A DNA stretch of 64,000 nucleotides from Azoarcus sp. (lineage in GTDB: Bacteria > Pseudomonadota > Gammaproteobacteria > Burkholderiales > Rhodocyclaceae), in NCBI GenBank assembly GCA_031265765.1, contig JAISCE010000003.1, positions 11,738-75,737 of the forward strand. The letters run 5' to 3'. Below are positions 54,002 through 63,076 of this stretch, piece after piece (the stretch's first letter is position 1; each line of letters starts with the position of its first letter). Below the pieces are notes generated by a model. The model did not search any database. It was given only the letters and a program-made list of their open reading frames with translations, and was not told the origin of the DNA. The position numbers and the translations under genes are program-made.

Positions 54002-54979
54002 TTACTCCATCCCGGGATGCTCGCGCAACTGTTTGCGGCGGATCAGCAGCGCCAGGGCGAGGCAAAAGAAAACCAGCATGAGCAATCCGTAACCCCAATA
54101 GGGATAGGAAAAAGTCGAGAATTGCGCCACCTTGCCCTCGCCGAATACCGTCGGCATGAACGGTTTCAGCGTGAATGCCCCCCACGGGTGCAGGTTGTGG
54201 CCGAAGAACCACAGCCAGGCGGCGTACACGACAAGGAAATAGAGCGGCAGCAGCGCGGGCACGAGCGCGAGAAGCAACTGGAAGCGTCGCCGCAGGGCCG
54301 TGCCCGCCGTGATCGCGCCCATCGCCGCGATCAGGGAGAAGATAGCGATTTGCGAGATGAGGCGCACCCTGTCGCCCCAGACCGCGATGCGCTCCGGCTC
54401 CCGGAAAAAGACGCCGGCTTCCCGCATGTAGTCCTGCACATGGGCATCGAGCCGGCCCATGGCGAACTGTTCGACGAGCATCCATGCCGCGACTGCGGTA
54501 AAGCCCGCGGCGAGCGCTGCGAGGCGCGCGCGCCGGCGCGGCAGCGCGAAGGCGGCGATCATGACCGCGAAGAAGCCGAGAAAGTATTTCGCCAGCGGTC
54601 TTTCCACAGGCGCTCCGGTGTCGATCGGAGACATGCCGACGTAGTGATTGATGGTATTCATTTCGTGCACGCAGTCCAATCCCGTCGCGCCCTGGTCGAC
54701 GTTTTTCTGGGCATCGAGAATGGGATTCCAGCGTTCGTCGCCGTGCGCGAGATCGCCCTGGAGGGTCTCGCCCGCCAGGCGCGAGTCTTTGCCCGCCGTC
54801 CGGCAGCCGTTGTAGACACCGTCGAAATGGAAATGAATGCGGATGCCGTCGGGGAAAGCATCCGGCGGATAATTGGGCGCGGTGAGCGACACCCACCAGA
54901 CCGGCGTGAAATAGGCGGCCACGAGCGCCGCAATGGCAATCAGGGCGAGCGCGCCCACGCGTCTGTTCTGTTTCTCCAT
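54002..54979 (-). CDS. Polytopic membrane protein, NosB-like (clade II nos clusters)
   Basis: ~6 TM helices, located between the cytochrome genes and nosD. Assigned by context. Confidence 0.5.
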   Translation of the reverse strand: MEKQNRRVGALALIAIAALVAAYFTPVWWVSLTAPNYPPDAFPDGIRIHFHFDGVYNGCRTAGKDSRLAGETLQGDLAHGDERWNPILDAQKNVDQGATGLDCVHEMNTINHYVGMSPIDTGAPVERPLAKYFLGFFAVMIAAFALPRRRARLAALAAGFTAVAAWMLVEQFAMGRLDAHVQDYMREAGVFFREPERIAVWGDRVRLISQIAIFSLIAAMGAITAGTALRRRFQLLLALVPALLPLYFLVVYAAWLWFFGHNLHPWGAFTLKPFMPTVFGEGKVAQFSTFSYPYWGYGLLMLVFFCLALALLIRRKQLREHPGME

Positions 54980-55022
54980 TTGCGGCACCTGTTTCCGGGT
55001 CGAAGCGACAATTGCGGCGCGG

Positions 55023-55736
55023 TTACTTCTTTTTGGCGCACATCGCGCCGGGCATCTTCAGGCTCGCCTGGTAAGCCGAAATGGCCACCAGCATGTCGTC
55101 GGTGTAAGTCTTGATGACCCTTACCATATCCAGATTGGCGTTGCGGCGATGGCCGTCGCGGATCTCGGTCATTTGGCGCAACAAGTATTTGTAATGCTGG
55201 CCGGCGATGACCGGGTAGAATTTTTTCCGGTCGCCCTCGCCGTTTTTGCCGTGGCATTCCAGGCATTGTTTTTCGTAGAGTGTCTTGCCCTGGGCGACCC
55301 GCGCGGCGGAATCGCTTCCCTCGTACTTGCCGTGATCCGCCGGAATGCACAGGCTGGCGATGTAAGCGGATACGTCGGCGAGTTCCTGGGGATCGACAAG
55401 CGTGATCGCGAACGGGTACATGGTCGGGTTGTCGCGCAGACCGGCGCGGATATCGGCCATTTGCTTGATGAGCACGGTCGTGTGCTGGCCCGCCAGTTGC
55501 GGAAAAGTGCCGTCGGGCCGTCCCGCCCCGGAGGGCAGGTGACAGGCGCCGCAGACTTCGTAGGCTTCCTCGCCGTTGGCCGTGTCGCCCTTGAGCTTGA
55601 GCGCCTCGGTTTTTTCGCCTTCCTGCGCGTTCCAGGTATAGCCCTGGCTTTCGATGCCTTCCTTCTTGGGCGCGGGCGGGCCGGCGAGCACGACGCCGGC
55701 GCTCATCAGGGCAACCAGGAAAAGAGATGTTTTCAT
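55023..55736 (-). CDS. Periplasmic diheme c-type cytochrome
   Basis: Signal peptide and two CxxCH motifs (CGACH, CLECH). Confidence 0.75.
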   Translation of the reverse strand: MKTSLFLVALMSAGVVLAGPPAPKKEGIESQGYTWNAQEGEKTEALKLKGDTANGEEAYEVCGACHLPSGAGRPDGTFPQLAGQHTTVLIKQMADIRAGLRDNPTMYPFAITLVDPQELADVSAYIASLCIPADHGKYEGSDSAARVAQGKTLYEKQCLECHGKNGEGDRKKFYPVIAGQHYKYLLRQMTEIRDGHRRNANLDMVRVIKTYTDDMLVAISAYQASLKMPGAMCAKKK

Positions 55737-55780
55737 GTTGGGGTTCCTCCACGTGTTCGATACATCGAAACCGTGCCGGC

Positions 55781-56089
55781 TCACTTCAGGCTTTCCAGGT
55801 ACACGGCAAGCGTCTTGATTTCCATGTCATCGACGAGGTGCATGATGCCTTTCATCGCCGCGGTCTGGCCGTTGGCGCGCGCGCCGCTCTTGATGTCCCG
55901 CATCTGCTGCTCGGCATAGGCCGCGTTTTGTCCGCCGATTCGGGGATAACTGGGCAGCAAGGGCTTGTTCCCGTTCGGGCCGTGACAGGCGACGCACGTC
56001 TTTTCGATGTAGAGCGCGGCGCCGTCCGCCGCAATGGCGGCAAGCGGCGGAACAGGCATGAGCAGCGCGAACACGACGGCTTGCTTCAT
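55781..56089 (-). CDS. Periplasmic monoheme c-type cytochrome
   Basis: Signal peptide MKQAVVFALL..., CVACH haem motif, ~100 aa. Confidence 0.75.
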   Translation of the reverse strand: MKQAVVFALLMPVPPLAAIAADGAALYIEKTCVACHGPNGNKPLLPSYPRIGGQNAAYAEQQMRDIKSGARANGQTAAMKGIMHLVDDMEIKTLAVYLESLK

Positions 56090-56200
56090 CGTAAACTGAC
56101 TCCGGTTGGAAACCTTCCCCTTCAGGGGAGCAAAGAAGGGCGCAGGTAGTTCCTTCCGCACCTTGCCGTCCGGCTCTGCCGGACGCGGATTGAAACCATT
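56090..56200 (-). promoter_or_regulatory. Conserved structured 5' leader, copy 2 (paralogous to 30606-30720)
   Basis: Fills the nosZ-cytochrome c intergenic region. Shares CAGAGCCGGACG...GCGGAAGG...GCGCCC...hairpin...AACCGGAGTCA-N5-ATG AAR CAA with copy 1. Confidence 0.45.
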
Positions 56201-56254
56201 GCTCCGGTGGAAACCGGCGAAGGCCATGAAACCTTCGCCGGTCGCCCTGGCTGT

Positions 56255-58540
56255 TTACTTGAGCTTCTTGGCGCCGTTTTGTTCGAGATAGGTCTTGGCG
56301 CGCAGGCCGATGTCGGCGGCCTTTACTTGATACTGATAGACTTGCTCGGCCCAGAGATTGGCATGTTCCCAATCCTTCTTGGCGGCGGCGGCTTCGTGCC
56401 GGGATTTGGCATCGGGAATCTTGCCCAGTTGGTCGGTTGCATCTTCGACCATGCCGACCACGTCCGGGAAGTCCTTGTAATTGGTGCTGGTAATGAAAGC
56501 CACCACCGAGTCGATCACCGCCTGCGTGTCGACAATCTTCTTCAAGGTCGCCCGATAATCCGTCTCGGTGTAGGCCGCCTTGGCGATTTCCTTCTTCGTC
56601 GGCGTCCAGCCCTTCGGCTTCACCAGCAGATAGCCTTGCATTTCGAGGTGCAGCGCCGAGCAGAATTCGGTGCAGTAATACGGATAGACGCCTTCCTTGT
56701 CGGCCTTGAATTTCACCGATACCGTTTTGCCGGGTTCGATCGAGGCATGGACGTTATAGGTGGAGATGGCAAAACCGTGCGTTTCATCTTCGGCGCGTTC
56801 GAGGTTGGTAAGGTTGACCGTCACTTCGTCGCCGATCTCGACCTCGATGATCTCGGGCGTGATGTGCGAACGGATCAAGGTGCCGTATACCGTCACCTTG
56901 TTGCCCTTGCGCTCGATGCGTTCTTCGCCGGCTCGCACCTTGCCAGGGTGATCCTTGTCGGTGCGGCTGTTGGTGCCGACTTTGTAGCGCACGCCCGGCT
57001 TGAGCTTGGCAGCCTCGATCGCTACGGCGTAGTGCGGCTCGCCCAGCGGCAGCGGCATGTCGTAGAGAAGCTGCATCTTGTCGTTGCCGATGTCGATGAG
57101 CTGATGGTTCTGCGGGTGCAGCGGCCCAACCGGGTTGAAGCGGTCGACGGACAGCTTGTTCAGCGCGACCAGATAACGGCCTTTCGGCTTGGTCGAATCG
57201 CCTTCCATCGTCATGAGGTGGCCGATGTTGTAATGCACCGGGATTTTATCGAGCACCTTGCCTTCGCAGTAATTCCACTTGGCGACCTGGGAGTCGACGT
57301 AGAGCGAGGTGTAGGCCACGCATTGCTTCGCGTCGTATTGCGTGTGCAGGGGGCCCAAGCCGAGTTGAACCTGGGTTTGCAGCGCATCCCGCATGCCGAT
57401 TACCGGAATGCCGTACGGGTCTTTCGATTCAAACTTGCCGGCCTTGATCGCCGCCTGGATCTTGTCGAAAGAATAGACGGAGACGTGAGTGTCGAGCTTG
57501 CCCGAGACGATGATGTATTTGCCATCGGGCGTGACATCGACGCCGTGCGGCGACTTGGGTTCGGGAACCAGGAAAAGAATACCTTCCTTGACGGCGGTAT
57601 CCATCGTCAACACATTGTGGCCGTTGATTTTCTGCGCCTTGCCCTGCGCGACGAGTTCGGCGGCTTTCTTCCAGTTGATGACGTGGAGGTAGTCGGTATC
57701 CTTGGCCGAGCAACCGGCCTCGAACGGCGGACGGCCCTTCTCGATGCCGCCGACGTAACGCTCGGAACAAAAGGAGTTGGTAAACGACCACCCATTGGAC
57801 GGCCCTTTGCCGGCATCCGACAAATCCTGCGAGTACGGCGGCAATTCGATCGAGAACGATTGCGCCGGCACGAGGCGTCCGGCCTCGCGGTCGAACTTCC
57901 AGTAAGTCATGCCGCCGCGGTATTTTTCGTTGAACTCCTCGAGCGGATAGAACTTCCCGCGTTCCAGCGGCGCAGCGTACTGCGCGGCCTCGAAAACATA
58001 CTCGGTATCCGGCGTGACGAAAGCGCCGCCATGCTCCGACTTGTAGATGGGGTTGACCACGATCTGCTTGGTCTCGAAATCGCGCAGATCGATGACCGCC
58101 AGACGGGGGTTGGCCTTGTCGTTGATAAAGAGAAACTGGCCGTCGTATTGACCCAGGGTTTCCGAAATGGCCGGGTGATGCGAGTCGCCCCAGGTGATTT
58201 CCTTGCCTTCGATCCAGCCGTCCTTGAGAATTGCCTTGGATTCCTCGTCGTAGCCATATCCCTGCCAGGGTTCGGGAGTAAAGACCGCGATGTATTTGAG
58301 AATACGCATCGAAGGGATGCCGTATACCAAGACTTGTCCCGACTGGCCGCCGGAACTGAAAGCGAGAAATTCATCACGCTTGCCGGATGGGGTATAGGTT
58401 TTGACCGCCGCCATGAGATCTTGTTGGCCGAGTCCGCGGCGTTTCATGACATCCTGCAAGGTTTCGGCGGCCCAAGCCGGCCCTGCGCCGAATCCGGTTG
58501 CCAGCAGCACCGCTACTGTTTTGATAGCAAGGCGTTTCAT
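56255..58540 (-). CDS. nosZ: Nitrous oxide reductase NosZ, clade II (Sec-type signal peptide, no RR motif), with a ~120-aa C-terminal extension after the CuA domain
   Basis: Beta-propeller region, CuA motif CTEFCSALHLEM, N-terminal MKRLAIKTVAVLLATGFGAGPAWA without a twin-arginine. 761 aa. Confidence 0.9.
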   Translation of the reverse strand: MKRLAIKTVAVLLATGFGAGPAWAAETLQDVMKRRGLGQQDLMAAVKTYTPSGKRDEFLAFSSGGQSGQVLVYGIPSMRILKYIAVFTPEPWQGYGYDEESKAILKDGWIEGKEITWGDSHHPAISETLGQYDGQFLFINDKANPRLAVIDLRDFETKQIVVNPIYKSEHGGAFVTPDTEYVFEAAQYAAPLERGKFYPLEEFNEKYRGGMTYWKFDREAGRLVPAQSFSIELPPYSQDLSDAGKGPSNGWSFTNSFCSERYVGGIEKGRPPFEAGCSAKDTDYLHVINWKKAAELVAQGKAQKINGHNVLTMDTAVKEGILFLVPEPKSPHGVDVTPDGKYIIVSGKLDTHVSVYSFDKIQAAIKAGKFESKDPYGIPVIGMRDALQTQVQLGLGPLHTQYDAKQCVAYTSLYVDSQVAKWNYCEGKVLDKIPVHYNIGHLMTMEGDSTKPKGRYLVALNKLSVDRFNPVGPLHPQNHQLIDIGNDKMQLLYDMPLPLGEPHYAVAIEAAKLKPGVRYKVGTNSRTDKDHPGKVRAGEERIERKGNKVTVYGTLIRSHITPEIIEVEIGDEVTVNLTNLERAEDETHGFAISTYNVHASIEPGKTVSVKFKADKEGVYPYYCTEFCSALHLEMQGYLLVKPKGWTPTKKEIAKAAYTETDYRATLKKIVDTQAVIDSVVAFITSTNYKDFPDVVGMVEDATDQLGKIPDAKSRHEAAAAKKDWEHANLWAEQVYQYQVKAADIGLRAKTYLEQNGAKKLK

Positions 58541-58733
58541 CTTTCATCCTCCGTGTTAGTCCAGCAGTCGAATATACCACCAGCAACCGACGACCCGGTG
58601 CAACCTTATACCTGCAAACGAAATGCCAACAGGTAATAGTTTCTTATTGTGCCATGGGAATCCGCGAGAGGAGTGTTAGGAATTTTCTTAACGAGGCGGC
58701 GACCGCCGGCAAGCACATTGATGAAGACCCCGG

Positions 58734-59516
58734 CTACTGCCCCCTGAATCGCGGCTTGCGTTTCTCGAAGAATGCCGTCATGCCTTCCTCGTAGTCCTCG
58801 GTGCCGAGAAACGCGAAGGCGCTGCGCTTTTCTTCTTCGCTCAAGGGGCGGTCGTGCATCAGGCGGGCGATCCACTGTTTGTGCCAGCTTGCCACCAGCG
58901 GCGCGCCGGCGGCGATGCGGCGGGCGCTGGCGCGGGCTTCGTCGAATACCGCGTCGTCGGGGACGATGCGGCTCAGGAGGCCGCGGGCAAAGGCTTCGCG
59001 GGCATCGAGAATGCGGCCTTCGAGAAGGATTTCCAGTACGGTGGCGGGGCCGGCGAGGGCGACCAGTCCGGCCATTTCGCCGGGGTACATCGAGAAGCCG
59101 AGTTTGTTGATGGGCGCGCCGAATCTGGCGGACTCTCCGGCGATGCGGATGTCGCAGCAGCCGGCGATTTCCAGTCCGCCGCCGATGCAGGCGCCCTGGA
59201 TGGCGGCGACGGTGGGTTTGGGGCAGGCGCGGATGGCCTCCAGCGCGCGGGCGACCAGTTCTTCGTGGTAGTGCATGGCGTCGTCCACGGTGGCGCGCAC
59301 GCTGAGGAATTCCTTGAGGTCGCCGCCGGCGGCGAAAGCCTTGTCGCCTTCGCCGCGCAGGACGATGCAGCGCACTTTCGGGTCGGCGGCGAGACGTTCG
59401 ATGGCTTCGCGCAGGGCGCGCCACATGGCGGCGTCGATGGCGTTGAGTTTGCCGGGGTTGGAGAGGGTCAGGGTCGCGGCCTGGTCGGCGATGTCGGTAA
59501 GAATCTGGCTGCTCAT
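58734..59516 (-). CDS. Enoyl-CoA hydratase/isomerase family protein
   Basis: Crotonase fold motifs (AAIQGACIGGGLEIAGCCDIRIA). Confidence 0.8.
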   Translation of the reverse strand: MSSQILTDIADQAATLTLSNPGKLNAIDAAMWRALREAIERLAADPKVRCIVLRGEGDKAFAAGGDLKEFLSVRATVDDAMHYHEELVARALEAIRACPKPTVAAIQGACIGGGLEIAGCCDIRIAGESARFGAPINKLGFSMYPGEMAGLVALAGPATVLEILLEGRILDAREAFARGLLSRIVPDDAVFDEARASARRIAAGAPLVASWHKQWIARLMHDRPLSEEEKRSAFAFLGTEDYEEGMTAFFEKRKPRFRGQ

Positions 59517-59695
59517 GGGGGATGGGGAGGGGCGTTCGGGAGGACGCGATGCTACTGCGGCGGGGAGCGAAAATGCCGAAGATACAGGTAAACCCAGAGG
59601 GCCGCATGGATTGCTACAACGCGCAGCCCGAGCAATGACGAAGCGGGAACGGTTCGTTTTTTGAACCGGCGGTTGTCGCCGCGGACTTTCCGTCT

Positions 59696-60109
59696 TCAGC
59701 CCCCGTACCGCGTCCAGAATGTCGCGGGGGTGACGATGGGGTAGTGTTCTGCCAGCGCCAGCAAATCCTTGTCGCCGGTAATCAAGTAACGTGCGCTTCC
59801 GGCCAGCAAGGTGCGCAGTACGGGCTGGTCGGCGGGGTCGCGCAGGCGTTCGTCTCCTGCGCCTTCTGGCGTCACAATGTCGGCCAGGAACATGAGGCTA
59901 TCCACCAGATCACGGATTTCGGCGGTGCTCAAGCGCACTCTGGGCAAGCGTGGCAATACCCGCGCCAGTTCGTCCAGGATGTGGCGCGACAGCACCACGT
60001 CCAAGCTGCCCTGACGCCAGGCCGCGACGATGCGCCCTGGCACGCTGCCGGGATAGGCCAGCCCCGATACCAATACGTTGGTATCGAGCACTACGCGCAG
60101 CTTCGGCAT
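59696..60109 (-). CDS. PIN-domain toxin (TIGR00305-like)
   Basis: VVLDTNVLVSG N-terminus. ATGA overlap with the upstream antitoxin. Confidence 0.7.
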   Translation of the reverse strand: MPKLRVVLDTNVLVSGLAYPGSVPGRIVAAWRQGSLDVVLSRHILDELARVLPRLPRVRLSTAEIRDLVDSLMFLADIVTPEGAGDERLRDPADQPVLRTLLAGSARYLITGDKDLLALAEHYPIVTPATFWTRYGG

Positions 60110-60381
60110 CAGCAGCGTTTGCGTTCCGCCGCCACGGTAGCGTCGATTTCGACCAGCCCCGTGTCGAGCGGAACTTCCGCATATGCGCCGGCTATCCGCT
60201 CGCTCAAGGCATCGAAACACGTCTTCATGCGCCGGATGCGGGCGAACAGTTCCACATCGACCAATGCTGCGACGGGTTTGCCGTCCTTGTTGATGACGAT
60301 GCTGTCGTTGCCGTATTGCACTTGGCTCAACATCTCGCCCAAGTTCTGCCGGAAGTTTACGGCATTGACTTCAGTAATCAT
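60109..60381 (-). CDS. Antitoxin (Phd/YefM-like)
   Basis: ~90-aa protein (MITEVNAVNFRQNLGEML...) translationally coupled to the PIN toxin. Confidence 0.6.
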   Translation of the reverse strand: MITEVNAVNFRQNLGEMLSQVQYGNDSIVINKDGKPVAALVDVELFARIRRMKTCFDALSERIAGAYAEVPLDTGLVEIDATVAAERKRC

Positions 60382-60580
60382 TACGCGCCCCAAGCATATC
60401 GACCAATATGCTCATTATTATGCAGTCCCGGCAGGGTGTCCATGATTCAGGAGACAGAAAAGCTTGATGCACGAGGATTTCCGCTGCTTCTGCCTCGCCG
60501 CGCCGCTCAATTCGTTCCAGACGAGGAGGTTATCCGAGACGTTCCCGTTGAAAATGTGAACGACCTTGTCGCCATCATCC

Positions 60581-60610
60581 GGAAAAACCGCCGGCGCGTT
60601 TTTGCGGCGG
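60581..60610 (-). terminator. Putative rho-independent terminator after the autotransporter gene
   Basis: ccgccg-N11-cggcgg hairpin followed by TTTTTCC on the minus strand. Confidence 0.4.
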
Positions 60611-60636
60611 CCACATCCCAATGTTTCCGTTTTTAC

Positions 60637-62793
60637 TTAAAATTCATACCGCACGCGCACGTTCCCCGTCACGCCTTCGCGCTGTCCGACGTAGCCTTGC
60701 AGGCCGATGTCCAGGGAGATGGGGCGGGTTGGAGCGGGTTTGAGGGTCATTCCGAGTTCGGCGATGCCGGTGTCGCCTTCAAGCGCCGGAGCATCGAGGC
60801 GGTAGCCGTTTGTTTTGGCTTTGGCTTTGCCGTCGAATTCGTGTTCGTAGGCGAGGCCGGCGTAGGCGTCGAGGGTCTTGTCGAGGGCGCGGATGTAGCG
60901 GGCGCCGAGGCGGGCGCGGTGGGAGTCGATGGCGCTGAATTTGACTGGATCGCCGGTCGTGAGGCGGACCGAGTCGCCTTGCTGGTGCGTCCAGAAGTAT
61001 TTGCCGTAGAGATCGACGGCGGCGGTTTCATTGATTTGCCAGATGTGACCCATGCCGACATGCAGGCTGGCGTAGGCGGATCGGGCGTCGTATTTCGCCT
61101 TGCGGCCCTGGGTGTCCCGGAGGTCGGCGCTGCCGTAGTCGTTTTCGATGCGTCCGGCGCGGGCGCTGCCTTCGGCGTAGTTGCCGTTCTTCAAGTCCAG
61201 GCGTCCGAGGACGCCGATGCCGTAATGGTTCAGGTCGCCGTCGCCTTTTACCGAGGCCGCGCCGGCGAAGCTGTTGTGGGTGTCGTAGCTGCCGTTGCCG
61301 TATTCGAGGAATGCGCCGAGGGTCAGGCGGCCTGCGTCGAGTTCCCGCGCGGCGGAGAATCCGGCCAGCAGCGAGACGCTGTGGATGTCGACGCGCGAGC
61401 CGGTGTCGTAGCGCGAGGAACCGCCGGAGAGCGCGCCGAAGACGTTTCGCCCGAGGCGGGCGGACTGGACGGCGGCCGCCATGCCCTGTCCGGCGACGGC
61501 ATCGCCGCCCTGGGTGAGCAACGCCGCGCCCGAGAGGATGCCTTCGGAGAGGGATTTGGCGCGGACGTTGGCATTGGTTCCGGTCACTGTGGCGATGAGT
61601 CGATTGCCCGTCGCGCCAATGTCGAACTCGTAAGCGAGGGTCACGCCCTGCATTCCCTGGCCGTTGGCGGTGGTGTTGAGGCCGCCGTTCGTGGTCAGTG
61701 TTCCGGCGTCGATGAGAATGATCCGGTCGCCCGTTTGCAGCGGCGAAGAACCGCCTTCAATACCCACGTTGACCGTGGAAGATCGGCCCGCGCCGTTCGT
61801 CAAGTCCGCCGAGCCGGTCACGGTGAGCATGGTCGCGCCCGCGCCCAAAGTCGAGGGCAGGTAGAAATTGAGCTTCTCGAAATTCTCCATGACCACTACA
61901 GTGAGGCCGGGACTGTGCAGGTTCAGGGTGTTGCCGCTGAAGGCATCGCCTGTGGTGAACAGGCCTAAATCGCCGCCTTTGAGTGTGCCGGCTGCGCCGG
62001 TACTGCTCTTGACGGTCACGGTATTGTCGATGGCGCTCCCGTTCGCGCCGGATGCATACCCTCCGATGACGTCCGCGTTCACCGTGCCGCCGTTGATGAT
62101 GACGCGGTTGTTTGAAGCGATGGCGGAGCCGTAGGAGGAGTTGGCGGAGGCGTTCCCGCCTGTGACCAGGCTATTCACACTGGCTCCGTCGTTGATGGTG
62201 ACGACATTGCCCGAGGCGGTGGCGGTGCCGGTTCCAAAACCGCTATGGGCGCTTCCTCCGTATATGCCGCCACTCGGTCCCACAATGCCGTCGATGGTCA
62301 CGGTATTGCCGCTGGCGAGGGCGGCTCCGGAACCACTGGAAGTGTTGGCTTGGGCGCTCCCGCCGGTGACGCCGACGTACACTTCGCCGCCCGCCGCCAC
62401 ATGGGCGGAGTTGCCCGAGGCCGTGGCGGCGTCATAAGATGAAACGGCCTCCGCGCCTATGGCTATTACCTGGACCGTTCCGCCGTTGTTGACGTTGACG
62501 GTGTTGCCGGTCGCGCTTTGGGCATCGTTGCTCCTGATGTCCGCGCCAGTGGCGAAAGAATTCACCGTGCCGCCGGCGTTGATGTTCAGCGTGTTGCCGT
62601 CGGGCTGGGTGTAGTCGGGAGTTACGCCGCCGTCACTGCTGTTGCCGTAGACGACGCCGGTCGAATAATACGTATTGGGGATGTCTACGGTATATCCGGC
62701 GGCGAAGGCCGGCAGCGGCTGGGCGAGAAGGCCGGTGCCGAGGAAGCAGGGTGCGAAAAGACGCAGGGCAAAGCGAGGCATGACGCGGTTCAT
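60637..62793 (-). CDS. Type Va autotransporter (Gly/Ser/Thr-rich beta-helical passenger plus C-terminal beta-barrel)
   Basis: Signal peptide, repetitive GGTVN/SGNTVT passenger, C-terminal barrel ending RVRYEF (terminal aromatic). Confidence 0.8.
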   Translation of the reverse strand: MNRVMPRFALRLFAPCFLGTGLLAQPLPAFAAGYTVDIPNTYYSTGVVYGNSSDGGVTPDYTQPDGNTLNINAGGTVNSFATGADIRSNDAQSATGNTVNVNNGGTVQVIAIGAEAVSSYDAATASGNSAHVAAGGEVYVGVTGGSAQANTSSGSGAALASGNTVTIDGIVGPSGGIYGGSAHSGFGTGTATASGNVVTINDGASVNSLVTGGNASANSSYGSAIASNNRVIINGGTVNADVIGGYASGANGSAIDNTVTVKSSTGAAGTLKGGDLGLFTTGDAFSGNTLNLHSPGLTVVVMENFEKLNFYLPSTLGAGATMLTVTGSADLTNGAGRSSTVNVGIEGGSSPLQTGDRIILIDAGTLTTNGGLNTTANGQGMQGVTLAYEFDIGATGNRLIATVTGTNANVRAKSLSEGILSGAALLTQGGDAVAGQGMAAAVQSARLGRNVFGALSGGSSRYDTGSRVDIHSVSLLAGFSAARELDAGRLTLGAFLEYGNGSYDTHNSFAGAASVKGDGDLNHYGIGVLGRLDLKNGNYAEGSARAGRIENDYGSADLRDTQGRKAKYDARSAYASLHVGMGHIWQINETAAVDLYGKYFWTHQQGDSVRLTTGDPVKFSAIDSHRARLGARYIRALDKTLDAYAGLAYEHEFDGKAKAKTNGYRLDAPALEGDTGIAELGMTLKPAPTRPISLDIGLQGYVGQREGVTGNVRVRYEF

Positions 62794-63076
62794 GGTTTTC
62801 CTTTCCGAATGTCGTTGCGGTGAGATGTTTCAAATACCCAGTGACCCGCTCCATCTTTGCAAGTACGGAGTGGTGAAGACGGAATGTGCCTCGGCGTTTT
62901 TGGCCTGTCTATTACCCGACCGGGTAATGTGTCGCTTGCAACAATATGTTTTTATTTGTTTTTTTGGGATATTTACTTTTTTGACGACGAACGCCGATCA
63001 CCGAATCTGGCAGGACGTTTTCCCATCCGGACAAACCGCGCGATAAATGGCTTTGTTCAGGTCTGACCAATTCAAA

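Noticed and set aside
60394-60636. Possible small gene between the antitoxin and the autotransporter
   Set aside because: Only short ORFs with no RBS. The region contains a plausible terminator hairpin plus T-tract for the autotransporter gene instead.
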